Shown here piece by piece: positions 30,823 to 40,111 of a stretch of DNA of 64,000 nt (position 1 is its first letter; each line of letters starts with the position of its first letter). Under the pieces are notes generated by a model. The model searched no databases. It worked only from the letters and a program-made list of their open reading frames with translations, and was not told where the DNA came from. Source of the stretch: Asaia bogorensis (GTDB lineage Bacteria > Pseudomonadota > Alphaproteobacteria > Acetobacterales > Acetobacteraceae); NCBI GenBank assembly GCA_945874805.1, contig CAMCJI010000001.1, forward strand, positions 4,580 to 68,579. The letters are read 5' to 3'. A program made the position numbers and the translations under genes.

Positions 30823-31703
30823 TTGCCCGACTCCATCGCGAGAAGGCGGTGCCGGATACGCTCGGAGAGCGCATCGATCAACATGACGCAGGCGACCACC
30901 AGCAGCAGGATGGCACTGACGTCCGAATAGAAGAACTTCCGGATGGCCAGGATCAGCTCCTCGCCGATGCCGCCAGCGCCGACGAAGCCGATCACCGCGG
31001 CGCCGCGCACGTTGATCTCAAAGCGCAGCAGCCCATAGCTGGCGAAGTTGGAGAGCACCTGCGGCAGCACGCCGAAGCGGACGCGGGAGAACCAGGAGCC
31101 GCCGGTCGCGGCGATCCCGTCGACAGGCTTGAGGTCGATGTTGTCCACGACCTCGGCGAACAGTTTGCCGAGTGCGCCGGCTGTGTGGATGGCCAGTGCG
31201 AACACGCCGGGCATCGTGCCCAGTCCGAAGGCGACCACGAAGATCAGCGCGAAGACGATGTCGGGTACGGTGCGGCAGAATTCCAGCAGCCGGCGCACGA
31301 TAAAGCGCAGCCAGGCAGCACGCACCAGATGGGCACTGCACAGGAAGCAGCCGCAGAATGCGATCAGGGCGCCAGTCACCGTGCCGACATAGGCGACCAG
31401 AAGGGTCTCGCCCATCAGCACGAGCCATTTGCGCAGGCCCCAGAACCACTCGCGTGGGTCGGTCCAGACGCGCTGCCCGGTATCGAGCATCATCAGCCGG
31501 TCGAAGTAGCTGGTGAAGTTGCCGATTTTGGCCCACAGGGTCGGCAGATTGACCTCTGCGCCGACGAAGGCGAGGGCAAAAGCGACGGCGCCGACCGCAA
31601 AGCCGATCACCAGATGACGCTGCTTGGCGGCCACTGCATCACGGTAGGCGTTCATCATTGGCGCAAGCTGCGCCGCGGGCGGGAGGGGTACGGTGCGGAT
31701 CAT
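30819..31703 (-). CDS. phnE: phosphonate-type ABC transporter permease (PhnE family), locus 1
   Basis: 294 aa. RTVPDIVFALIFV, KPVDGIAATGGS and FEINVRGAAVIGFVGAGGIG are present. Its stop overlaps the start of the next permease gene. Confidence 0.8.
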   Translation of the reverse strand: MIRTVPLPPAAQLAPMMNAYRDAVAAKQRHLVIGFAVGAVAFALAFVGAEVNLPTLWAKIGNFTSYFDRLMMLDTGQRVWTDPREWFWGLRKWLVLMGETLLVAYVGTVTGALIAFCGCFLCSAHLVRAAWLRFIVRRLLEFCRTVPDIVFALIFVVAFGLGTMPGVFALAIHTAGALGKLFAEVVDNIDLKPVDGIAATGGSWFSRVRFGVLPQVLSNFASYGLLRFEINVRGAAVIGFVGAGGIGEELILAIRKFFYSDVSAILLLVVACVMLIDALSERIRHRLLAMESGK

Positions 31704-31750
31704 GTGGGCAATGCCCGGGGCGGCGTGGCTGCCGCCCCGGGGTTGTCCGT

Positions 31751-32692
31751 TCAGGAAGAGCGCTTGCGCAGCGCGTCAACGAACTGGATCAGCTTGATCG
31801 TGTCGTCGTAGGCAGCGTTGTTGGTCTCCGCCCAGGGGCGGGCCTTCCCGTCTGACAGGCGGTCGAAGGCGGCCTTGTCCTTCGTCGGGGCGTCAAGGAA
31901 AGCCTGCTTGATTGCCTGCTTAAGGTCATCCGGCATGTCGGACAGCACGGTCGTGGGCGAATTGATGATCAGCGGGCTGGTGTAGACGATCCGGAAGTCC
32001 GACAGCTTCATCATGGAGCCGTCGGCGTTCTTCAGCATTCCCTTGGTGATCATGCGGGTCAGGTTGCTGTCGTCCGGCGCGTTCCACCAGTTGGCGGCGA
32101 CATCGACGGTGCCCTGGGTCAGCGCGATGATCGCGTTTTCGTGGCTCCCCGTGGTTTGCATCTTGCTGAAATAGCTGCTTGCGGTGATGCCCAGCTTGTC
32201 CAGCGCATAGAGCGGCATGTTGTAGCCGGAGCCGGAATTCGGATCGACCAGCCCGAGGTTCTTGCCCTTCAGGTCTTCGATCTTCTGATACGGCGACTTG
32301 GCGAGAACATAGAAGACCGAGTTGTAGCCCTTGCTCCCATCGTTGTTCACATCGATGAGGATGGCATCGGCTTTCACCCCGGTGAGGCGCGCGCGGGCGA
32401 AGGAGGCCGGGCCATGATAGCCGATGTGGATATTGCCGGAGCGCTGGCCCTCGATCACTGCGGCGTAGTCATTGGCGACGCGCAGCGTCACCTTGGTGCC
32501 AAGTTCCTTCGAGAGATAGGCAACGAACGGCGCCACGCGGTCGTTGACGCCCGAAGCGTTCTCGGCCGGCACCACGGCATAGACCAACTCGGGATACTTC
32601 GCCTTCCAGGCCTGCGCGCGGGCGGGGCTGGTGGCGGTGGTGGCGGCGGCGCCGGCGGCAAGGCCGGCAAGAAGCGTGCGGCGGTTCATCAT
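31751..32692 (-). CDS. phnD: phosphate/phosphite/phosphonate ABC transporter substrate-binding protein (PhnD family), locus 1
   Basis: 313 aa. It has a Tat/Sec-like signal (MMNRRTLLAGLAAGAAATTATSPARA). PhnD-family blocks include the LVYAVVPAEN block and DPNSGSGYNMP. Confidence 0.8.
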   Translation of the reverse strand: MMNRRTLLAGLAAGAAATTATSPARAQAWKAKYPELVYAVVPAENASGVNDRVAPFVAYLSKELGTKVTLRVANDYAAVIEGQRSGNIHIGYHGPASFARARLTGVKADAILIDVNNDGSKGYNSVFYVLAKSPYQKIEDLKGKNLGLVDPNSGSGYNMPLYALDKLGITASSYFSKMQTTGSHENAIIALTQGTVDVAANWWNAPDDSNLTRMITKGMLKNADGSMMKLSDFRIVYTSPLIINSPTTVLSDMPDDLKQAIKQAFLDAPTKDKAAFDRLSDGKARPWAETNNAAYDDTIKLIQFVDALRKRSS

Positions 32693-32719
32693 GATTCTAT
32701 ACCTCGTGGGTGGGAAAGG

Positions 32720-33514
32720 TCAGGCAGTGACCATCGCGCCTTCAGGCACGATGACATCCTCATGGTCGAGCACGTCGGCGGCTTCCATGCCGTACAGCGT
32801 GCGCACAGCGGCGTCGGTCAGTTCGGCGGGCGTGCCGTCAAACACCACTCGGCCCTCTGCCATGCCGATCAACCGGTCGGCATAGCTGCGGGCGAGATCG
32901 ACGGAGTGGATGTTCACCAGCACTGTCAGCCCGAAATCGCGATTGATGCGTTGCAGCGCATCCATGACGATCTTGGCGTTGCGCGGATCGAGGCTGGCCA
33001 CCGGCTCATCAGCCAGGATGATCTCCGGCTCCTGCACCAGGGCGCGGCAGATGGCGACCCGCTGCTGTTGCCCGCCGGAGAGATTGTCGGCGCGCTCGGC
33101 GGCCAGGTTGGCGATGTCGAGCTGATCCAGCGCGGCCATCGCGATCGCCCGGTCCTCGGCCGGCCAGAGCCGCGTCATGGCGCGCCAGCCGGCCACGTGG
33201 GCGAGGCGCCCCGTCAGCACGTTGTTGAGCACATCCAGGCGCCCGACGAGATTGAACTGCTGGAAGATCATGGCGCAGCGCCGCCGCCAGTCGCGCAGCG
33301 CCTTGCCCTGAATCTCCGTTACATCCATCCCGTTGCAGATGATCCGTCCGCTGGTCGGATCGGTCAGCCGGTTCATCATCCGCAGAAGAGTCGATTTGCC
33401 GGCGCCGGAGCGGCCGATGATACCGACGAATTGCCCGCGGGGGACCGACAGCGTAACCGCATCGACCGCCCGCGTGCGGCCGAATTGCTTCGTGACGCCA
33501 TCGACAACCAGCAT
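32720..33514 (-). CDS. phnC: phosphonate-type ABC transporter ATP-binding protein (PhnC family), locus 1
   Basis: 264 aa from ATG 33514, in frame within ORF 32720..34273. [24 protein letters not shown] and ILADEP are present. Confidence 0.85.
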   Translation of the reverse strand: MLVVDGVTKQFGRTRAVDAVTLSVPRGQFVGIIGRSGAGKSTLLRMMNRLTDPTSGRIICNGMDVTEIQGKALRDWRRRCAMIFQQFNLVGRLDVLNNVLTGRLAHVAGWRAMTRLWPAEDRAIAMAALDQLDIANLAAERADNLSGGQQQRVAICRALVQEPEIILADEPVASLDPRNAKIVMDALQRINRDFGLTVLVNIHSVDLARSYADRLIGMAEGRVVFDGTPAELTDAAVRTLYGMEAADVLDHEDVIVPEGAMVTA

Positions 33515-33653
33515 CAGTGGTCTACCCCTGCCCTCGTTACGGGGCTTATGGCAAACGAGGGGGGCCGTGGAGTTGAAGCTTTTGTGACGATGACCAGCGC
33601 GCTTGCCTCCACACGACGGCACCGCCACATTCGCCCGGCAAGCGAGGGATATC

Positions 33654-34439
33654 ATGCTCCAGATACGTGGATTGACGCGACGATTTGGTGACAAGGTCGC
33701 GGTGGACCACGTGTCCCTCGATGTACCGGCGGGGCAAATGTTGGGCATCATCGGCCGCTCCGGTGCCGGTAAATCGACGCTGCTGCGGATGATCAACCGG
33801 CTGCAGGAGCCCTCCGAGGGCACGATCCGCTTCGGTGAGACGGAGGTCACCACGCTGACCGGCAAGGCACTGCGTGACTGGCGCACGGCCTGCGCGATGA
33901 TCTTCCAGCAGTTTAACCTCATCCCCCGCCTCGATGTGCTGACCAATGTGCTGGTTGGGCGGCTGAACCATCGCGGCACCCTGGCGAGCCTGCTCGGGCT
34001 GTTCACCCCGGCCGAGCGCGCGATGGCATTGCAGGCGCTGGAGCGGTTTGACCTGATGGAGACGGCCTTCCTGCGCGCCAGCCAGATCTCCGGCGGGCAG
34101 CAGCAGCGCGTGGCGATCTGCCGGGCCCTGTTGCAGGAGCCGCGGCTGATGCTGGCCGATGAGCCGATCGCCAGCCTCGACCCGCGCAACGCGCAAGTGG
34201 TGATGGATGCATTGCGCCGGATCAACCGGGAGGACGGGCTGACGGTGCTCTGCAACCTGCACCATTTGGACACCGCCCGCGCCTACTGCGATCGGATCGT
34301 GGCCATGCAGGCCGGGCGGATCGTGTTTGACGGCGCACCGGATGCCCTGACGTCGGAAAAAGTGCGCGAGGTTTATGGCGTCAGCGAGGATGAATTCAAT
34401 GAAGAACTCGCGCCGAGCGGGTCACTCGTCACCGCCTGA
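33654..34439 (+). CDS. phnC: phosphonate-type ABC transporter ATP-binding protein (PhnC family), locus 2
   Basis: 261 aa from ATG 33654, with GAGGGA upstream. [24 protein letters not shown] and MLADEP are present. It is collinear with the locus-1 PhnC down to the C-terminal VTA. Confidence 0.85.
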   Translation: MLQIRGLTRRFGDKVAVDHVSLDVPAGQMLGIIGRSGAGKSTLLRMINRLQEPSEGTIRFGETEVTTLTGKALRDWRTACAMIFQQFNLIPRLDVLTNVLVGRLNHRGTLASLLGLFTPAERAMALQALERFDLMETAFLRASQISGGQQQRVAICRALLQEPRLMLADEPIASLDPRNAQVVMDALRRINREDGLTVLCNLHHLDTARAYCDRIVAMQAGRIVFDGAPDALTSEKVREVYGVSEDEFNEELAPSGSLVTA

Positions 34440-34526
34440 ACGGCTTCACGAAAGTGAAATCTTTCTGTCATCCAAGTGACGCGCAAATTCCGTAACTCCT
34501 CGCCGTAACAGCAGGAGTTCCATGTC

Positions 34527-35504
34527 ATGCTCACACGCCGCCGCTTGGCGCTGACCGCCGCCGGTCTGCTCGCCGCCCCCGCCATCATCACCACCGCACG
34601 GGCGCAGGCCCCTGCCTTCCCGGCCGCTGGCAAGCGCGCCTGGGCCGCGCAGGTGCCGGCGATCCGCATCGGCCTGCTCGGTGGCGAGAACGAGGCCGAC
34701 CGCATCGGCCGTTACGATGCGTACCGCAAGCTGTTCGAGGACACGTTCCAGGTGCCGGCGCGCACCTTCGCCGCTGCTGACTATGCCGGCGTGCTGCAGG
34801 CCTTCTCGGCCAAGCAGATCGAATTCTCAGGCATGGGCAGCTCGGCCTATGCCGGCGCTTGGCTCGACACCAACGGCAATGTCGAGCCGCTGGTTGTCGC
34901 GCGTGAGGCCGACGGCTCGATCAGCTACATCGCGGTCATGGTCACGCGCAGCGACAGCGGCATCACGTCGCTGGCGCAGATGAAGGGCAAGTCACTCGCC
35001 TGGGCTGATCCGAACTCCACCTCCGGCTACCTGATCCCGCGCTTCGAGATCAAGCAGGGCGGGATCGACATCGAGCCGGGCAAGTATTTCAGCCGCACTG
35101 GCTTCGGCGGCGGGCACGAGCAGGCGGTCGTCGCGGTGCTGCAGAAGCAGTACGACGCCTCCGTCACCTGGGCCTCGGGCCTGGGCGAGGAGAGCCAGGG
35201 CTTCACCCGCGGCAACCTGCGCGCGATGACGGATAAGGGGCTGCTGAAGCCCGGCGACCTGCGCATCATCTGGAAGTCCCGCCCCATCCTCAACGGGCCG
35301 CTGACCGTCCGCAAGGACACCCCGCAGGCCTTCCGTGACGATATCCGCGACTTCCACCTCGCCCTGCCGACCACCTATCCGAAGATCTACGAGCAGGTCG
35401 AGCGCGGCGGCGGCCAGGGCTACCAGACGGTGAAGCACGACGATTTCCAGCTTTTCATCGATCTGCGCAAGGAAGAGGCCGCCGCGCGCCGCGCCCGCGG
35501 TTGA
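34527..35504 (+). CDS. phnD: PhnD-family substrate-binding protein, locus 2
   Basis: 325 aa with a twin-arginine signal (MLTRRRLALTAAGLLAAPAIITTARA). DPNSTSGYLIP and overall PhnD-like collinearity are present. AGGAG lies 9 nt upstream. Confidence 0.75.
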   Translation: MLTRRRLALTAAGLLAAPAIITTARAQAPAFPAAGKRAWAAQVPAIRIGLLGGENEADRIGRYDAYRKLFEDTFQVPARTFAAADYAGVLQAFSAKQIEFSGMGSSAYAGAWLDTNGNVEPLVVAREADGSISYIAVMVTRSDSGITSLAQMKGKSLAWADPNSTSGYLIPRFEIKQGGIDIEPGKYFSRTGFGGGHEQAVVAVLQKQYDASVTWASGLGEESQGFTRGNLRAMTDKGLLKPGDLRIIWKSRPILNGPLTVRKDTPQAFRDDIRDFHLALPTTYPKIYEQVERGGGQGYQTVKHDDFQLFIDLRKEEAAARRARG

Positions 35505-35514
35505 GGCTCGCCGC

Positions 35515-36387
35515 ATGAGTGCCGCGCTTTCGCGCATGGAGGACGATTTCCAGGCGCGAAAGCGGGCGCGGCTGCTGGCCACGCTCGGCTATTCGGCCGT
35601 GCTGGTGGGCCTGCTTTACGTATCGGCGCTGGTGTCGGAGGCTTATCCCTCCTCACTGGCCGCCGGGCTGCCGCGGGTGGGGGAGTATTTCCACAAGCTG
35701 TTGCCGACGCTCAAGGTCGAGGCGCTGCTGAGCGGGGTGAAGACCGAGGGCTCGATCGCCTACTGGTTCTACCGCCTCGATGCCTGGGCCTGGCTGCTGT
35801 TCGAGACCAGCCAGATGGCGGCGCTGGCGACTTTGGGCGGCGCGGTGGTGGCGCTGGCGCTGTGCTTTCCGGCCGCCGCCAATCTCGCGCCAACACGAAC
35901 GATCTACATCTTCTTCCGCCGTACGCTTGAGCTGTTCCGGACCGTGCCGGATATCGTCTATGCGCTGATCCTTGTTTGGGCTTTCGGCATCGGGCCGCTG
36001 GCGGGGATCCTGGCGATCGGGCTGCACACGGTCGGCGCACTCGGCAAGCTGTTCTCCGAAGTGGTCGAGAACGCGGACATGCGGCCCTGGGATGGCGTGC
36101 GGGCGGCCGGGGGAAACTGGGTGCAGGCCGTGCGCTACGCGATCCTGCCGCAGGTGCTGCCGAACTTCCTCAGCTACGCGCTGCTGCGCTTCGAAATCAA
36201 CGTGCGCGGAGCGACGGTCATAGGCTTCGTTGGCGCGGGCGGCATCGGCCAGGAACTCTATACCGTGATCAGCTTCAACTATTATGAGGAGATCGGGGCG
36301 ATCATCCTGCTGATCATCCTGACCGTCAGCATGATCGACCTCGTCTCCGAACGGTTGCGGGGCTGGGCCGCCGGTGCGCGCGCATGA
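35515..36387 (+). CDS. phnE: PhnE-family permease, locus 2
   Basis: 290 aa. RTVPDIVYALILV, RPWDGVRAAGGN and FEINVRGATVIGFVGAGGIG are present. It closely parallels the locus-1 permease at 30819..31703. Confidence 0.8.
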   Translation: MSAALSRMEDDFQARKRARLLATLGYSAVLVGLLYVSALVSEAYPSSLAAGLPRVGEYFHKLLPTLKVEALLSGVKTEGSIAYWFYRLDAWAWLLFETSQMAALATLGGAVVALALCFPAAANLAPTRTIYIFFRRTLELFRTVPDIVYALILVWAFGIGPLAGILAIGLHTVGALGKLFSEVVENADMRPWDGVRAAGGNWVQAVRYAILPQVLPNFLSYALLRFEINVRGATVIGFVGAGGIGQELYTVISFNYYEEIGAIILLIILTVSMIDLVSERLRGWAAGARA

Positions 36388-36397
36388 GGGCCGTGGC

Positions 36398-37237
36398 ATG
36401 AGTGGCACAATCTCACCAGCGCAGATCGCCGCCTTGCGGGCGCGGATGCCGCGGGCCTTCGCGCCCTCGCCGGCCGTGCGGGCGCTGCGGATTGCGGGCG
36501 GGGTTGCCTTCGCGATCTGGCTCGCAACGCTGCTCTGGTGGTTCGACTTCAGCCCCCTGCGAATCTGGAATGGCCTGGACGGGCTGTTCAAGATCATCGT
36601 GCTGATGATCCCGCCGAGCCCCGGAGAGCAGTGGCCGGAGATCCTGATCGGCCTGGGCGAAAGCGTGGCAATGGCCTTCCTCGGCTCGACGATTGCCGTG
36701 ATCATCGCCCTGCCGCTGGGCTTTCTCGGTGCGAACAACATCGTCATCAACACGCTGGCACATTTCTCCATTCGCCGCCTGTTTGACGGCCTGCGCGGGA
36801 TGGACCAGCTGATCTGGGCGCTGGCCTTCGTGCGTGCTGTCGGCCTGGGGCCATTGGCTGGCGTGCTGGCGATCGCGGCGGCGGAGATTGCGGTGCTGGC
36901 CAAGCTGTTCGCCGAAGCGATCGAGAATGCCGACAACCGGCAGGGCGAGGCGATCACGGCAGTCGGCGGCAGCGCGCTGCTGCGCATCCGCTACGGTATC
37001 CTGCCGCAGGTGCTGCCGGTGATGCTGGCGCAGTTCCTCTACCAGATCGAGAGCAACACGCGCTCGGCCTCCATCCTCGGGGTGGTGGGCGCGGGCGGGA
37101 TCGGGCTGCAGATCGCCGAGCGCATCAAGGTCCGCTACTGGGACGAGGTGCTGTTTATCATCCTGCTGATCCTCGCCACCGTCGCCCTGATCGACATGAT
37201 CTCAGCCCGCATCCGCCGGCGCCTCATCGGGGCGTGA
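36398..37237 (+). CDS. phnE: PhnE-family permease, locus 2
   Basis: 279 aa from ATG 36398, 11 nt after the upstream stop with GAGGG in between. GMDQLIWALAFVRAVGLGPLAGVLA and IESNTRSASILGVVGAGGIG are present. Confidence 0.8.
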   Translation: MSGTISPAQIAALRARMPRAFAPSPAVRALRIAGGVAFAIWLATLLWWFDFSPLRIWNGLDGLFKIIVLMIPPSPGEQWPEILIGLGESVAMAFLGSTIAVIIALPLGFLGANNIVINTLAHFSIRRLFDGLRGMDQLIWALAFVRAVGLGPLAGVLAIAAAEIAVLAKLFAEAIENADNRQGEAITAVGGSALLRIRYGILPQVLPVMLAQFLYQIESNTRSASILGVVGAGGIGLQIAERIKVRYWDEVLFIILLILATVALIDMISARIRRRLIGA

Positions 37238-37260
37238 TGCCGGCCGGCTGAGCCCCGGCG

Positions 37261-38169
37261 CTACCGCTTGGTCAGCCAGCTTTTGGCGATCCGGCAGGCG
37301 ACGGTATAGGCGGGGTTGAAAACATTACCGACATCGTAGCGCACCACCTGGCCCATCAGATGACTGGCCGCGCGCTGGTCCAGCCCGTAATCCTCACCGA
37401 GCCAGCGCAGCATCTCCGTTGTCGCGTGCTGCAGTGCCTGATCGAGTGGGCGTGCGTTGCCGACCGTGAAGATGTCCTCGGCGGTCTCGCCGCGCGGCCA
37501 GATGATCGTTCGCTTCAGGACGCGGAACGTCACTTCCATCTCGAACGAGGTCTCGATCCCCGTGCCGACGATCTCGCCATCGCCCTGGCAGGCGTGGCCA
37601 TCGCCGAGATAGAACAATGCGCCGGGAACCGAGACCGGGAACCATGCCGTCGTCCCCGGTGCGAACAGGCGATAATCCATGTTGCCGCCGTTCTGGGCGC
37701 TGGTGGCGGTGGACAGCGCCTGGCCGCCCGCAGGTGCCACGCCGAAGCAGCCGATCATCGGCTGCAACGGCGGGGTGAAGCCCTCGAGCCCCTTGACCGG
37801 CTCGCGCAACCTCACGATTCCCGCTTCCTGGTCGATGTCCCAGACGACGCGTTGGCTGGCGGGCCGCTCCGGGATCGCGGAAGGGTCCAGCACCGTGAAG
37901 GCCAGGGGCGAGTAGGTCCAGCCTGTCGCCCGGCTCGGCGTCAGGCGGTCGATACGAACGGCCAGGGTGTCGCCGGGTTCGGCGCCTTCGATGAAGAACG
38001 GCCCGGTCATCGGATTCGGTCGCGCGCCCGCGGTGATCTCACGGGCATCGAGGCCGGACGCGTCGATGGTATCGGTGATCACCGTATCGCCGTCGGCGAT
38101 GCGCAGACACGGCTCGGCGGTGCCGATGACGTTGTGGTAGCGCGTCGGACGAAAACGGTGCGTGGCCAT
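37261..38169 (-). CDS. acetamidase/formamidase family protein
   Basis: 302 aa from ATG 38169, with GAGGAG upstream. GGNMDYR and LGDGHACQGDGEIVGTGIETS are hallmarks of the FmdA/AmdA family. The ORF-track N-terminal extension to 38574 is rejected. Confidence 0.8.
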   Translation of the reverse strand: MATHRFRPTRYHNVIGTAEPCLRIADGDTVITDTIDASGLDAREITAGARPNPMTGPFFIEGAEPGDTLAVRIDRLTPSRATGWTYSPLAFTVLDPSAIPERPASQRVVWDIDQEAGIVRLREPVKGLEGFTPPLQPMIGCFGVAPAGGQALSTATSAQNGGNMDYRLFAPGTTAWFPVSVPGALFYLGDGHACQGDGEIVGTGIETSFEMEVTFRVLKRTIIWPRGETAEDIFTVGNARPLDQALQHATTEMLRWLGEDYGLDQRAASHLMGQVVRYDVGNVFNPAYTVACRIAKSWLTKR

Positions 38170-38282
38170 TGGAATCTCCTCGAAAACGCCCTTGCGACGG
38201 GTCGTTGCATCCGGCCCCGCGCCTGTGCCGGTGACGCTAGGAAGCGTGCGGGGGACGGTCAATAGTTGGACGACGGGCGTTG

Positions 38283-39410
38283 CTACCGGCGCCAGGTCAG
38301 CACGGACGACACCGCATAGTTCCAGACGAGGCTCATGGCCGCACCGGCGATGCCCGCCAGGACCCAGGAGGAGTGGGCGGAGCCGAACAGCAGGCCGGAA
38401 ATGCTGAGATTGGCGGCGGCGCCGACGGCGGAGATCGCGGCAAAGGTGGCCAGACCCGTGGCGGTCCGGCAGCCGCGAAGGCGGCGATCGGCGAAAGTAA
38501 ACATGTTGTTGAGGAAGAAGTTGCCGACGATCGCAACCCCGGTCGCGGCCGCCTGGGCTGTCGGGAAATCCCACGCCAGCGTCGTCAGGCCCACGCGCAG
38601 CACCAGCAGATGCGCGGCGATGCCGACGGCGCCGACTGCCGCGAACACCAGGAAGCGCACGGGGACGAGATGCCCCACGAGCTTGTCGATGATCAACAGG
38701 ATGAAGTCCCGCACCACGCCGGCGTCGAGCTTGCTTTCGCCATGCTGGCGGGAGCGGAAGCGGTAGGGCAGTTCGCGCACGCGCGGCGGCGTCGGCAGGG
38801 AGGCGATGATGTCGACCAGAATCTTGAACCCCATGGCCGACAGGCGCGGCGCGGCGCGTTCGAAGGTCCTGCGGTGAAGCATGAAGAAGCCGCTCATCGG
38901 GTCCGCGACGGTGGTGCGCAGCACGGGGCGGGCCAGCGCGGTGGCAAACCGGCTCATGCCGACGCGGGTTGCCGCGAAGTCGCCCATGCCGCCGCCCTCG
39001 ACCATGCGGCTGCCGACGACGATGTCCGCCGCGTCCGCGCGCAGCAGGTCGAGCATGGCGGGCAGCAGGGTCTCGTCGTGCTGCAGGTCGCCATCGATGG
39101 CGGCAATCAGCGGCGCCAGGGAAGCCTGGGCTCCTTCGATAAACGCCGAGGCAAGACCCCGCCGGCCGACGCGGTGAACCAAGCGCACGCGTGCATCCGT
39201 GGCAGCGGCCCGGGCGACGGCGCCGCGGGTGCCGTCAGTCGAATTGTCGTCGACGAACATCACTTCCCAGTGAATATCGGCAAGTGCCTGCTCCAGCCGG
39301 GCCACCATGGGGGCGATATTGTCCCGCTCATTCAGCACCGGGATCACCACGCAGAGCTCGGGAATGCCCGGGGCATTGACATTGGTGTGTTGGTCTTGCG
39401 GGTCAGTCAT
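38283..39410 (-). CDS. GT2 glycosyltransferase (polyprenol-phosphate sugar transferase-like) fused to a GtrA-like membrane domain
   Basis: 375 aa from ATG 39410. VVIPVLNERDNI, FVDDNSTDGT and DGDLQHD are GT2 (DPM1-like) motifs. The C-terminal four hydrophobic helices are GtrA-like. Confidence 0.75.
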   Translation of the reverse strand: MTDPQDQHTNVNAPGIPELCVVIPVLNERDNIAPMVARLEQALADIHWEVMFVDDNSTDGTRGAVARAAATDARVRLVHRVGRRGLASAFIEGAQASLAPLIAAIDGDLQHDETLLPAMLDLLRADAADIVVGSRMVEGGGMGDFAATRVGMSRFATALARPVLRTTVADPMSGFFMLHRRTFERAAPRLSAMGFKILVDIIASLPTPPRVRELPYRFRSRQHGESKLDAGVVRDFILLIIDKLVGHLVPVRFLVFAAVGAVGIAAHLLVLRVGLTTLAWDFPTAQAAATGVAIVGNFFLNNMFTFADRRLRGCRTATGLATFAAISAVGAAANLSISGLLFGSAHSSWVLAGIAGAAMSLVWNYAVSSVLTWRR

Positions 39411-39514
39411 GCAACAATTGGCCACCTTTGGCGCCGGAATGGCCCGGACGCTTGCAATGCCGAAGCATTGGGAGTATCTGCCTAGCATACTAAATCATCC
39501 GCTCGACATCGGGG

Positions 39515-39547
39515 GGTGGCCTTAACCGGCCGCCTTTTTTTGTTTTT
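39515..39547 (+). terminator. intrinsic-terminator-like hairpin in the rimP-nusA-infB leader
   Basis: GGTGGCC (39515-39521) pairs with GGCCGCC (39528-39534), giving 7 bp including one G-U pair. The loop is 6 nt and the stem is followed directly by TTTTTTTGTTTTT. Confidence 0.55.
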
Positions 39548-39593
39548 GGATCTCTTCGTGGTGGACACCAGACCGATCTCTGACGACCTGCCG

Positions 39594-40097
39594 ATGCATA
39601 CCGGGCTCGAAGCCCGGATCGCCGATATCATCATGCCCACCCTGGTGGACATGGGGTTCGAACTCGTGCGCGTGCTGGTCCTGGGGCGCGAGCGCCCGAC
39701 GGTGCAGATCATGGCCGACCGGGCAGACGGGGCTATGATCGGCGTTGAGGATTGCGAGGCGATCAGCCGCGCTGCCGGTGCGGTGCTGGATGTCAACGAC
39801 CCGATCCCGGGAGCCTGGATGCTGGAGGTCAGTTCGGCCGGCATCGACCGGCCGTTGACCCGCCGCAAGGACTGGAACCGCTATGCCGGCCACCAGGCCC
39901 GCGCCGAGATGTCGATCCCGCTCGATGGCCGCAAGCGCATGACCGGCATCGTGCTGGGTGCCGACGAGACGCATGCGCGCATGCGTCTCGACGATGGGGC
40001 AGAGGTTTCTCTTCCCTGGGTCGATATCCGCCGGGCCAAGCTGCTGCTGACTGATGAACTGATCGCGGCCACTGCTGTGCCGCGGCTCCCCAACTGA
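39594..40097 (+). CDS. rimP: ribosome maturation factor RimP
   Basis: 167 aa from ATG 39594. [23 protein letters not shown] and [12 protein letters not shown] are present. The ORF-track GTG at 39516 sits inside the terminator hairpin and is rejected. Confidence 0.8.
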   Translation: MHTGLEARIADIIMPTLVDMGFELVRVLVLGRERPTVQIMADRADGAMIGVEDCEAISRAAGAVLDVNDPIPGAWMLEVSSAGIDRPLTRRKDWNRYAGHQARAEMSIPLDGRKRMTGIVLGADETHARMRLDDGAEVSLPWVDIRRAKLLLTDELIAATAVPRLPN

Positions 40098-40111
40098 GGA
40101 GAATTTCGGAT

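Noticed and set aside
32720-34273. ORF-track N-terminal over-extensions. Examples are a 517-aa 'fusion' of phnC1 with sequence antisense to phnC2, and also 26648 (dapB), 38574 (formamidase), 18557 (hydrolase), 59054 and 60289 (ABC ATPases), 11987 (yejB), 51581, 55764, 55806 and 39488.
   Set aside because: Internal ATG starts with an RBS, a signal peptide, a stop/start overlap with the upstream gene, or the homologous N-terminus explain the real genes. The extensions overlap neighbouring genes and have non-coding-like composition.
33515-34526. PhoB boxes controlling the phn-type loci.
   Set aside because: There is only one isolated CTGTCAT half-site (34465-34471). GTCATCGTCAC at ~33588-33598 has the wrong spacing for an 11-bp tandem repeat.
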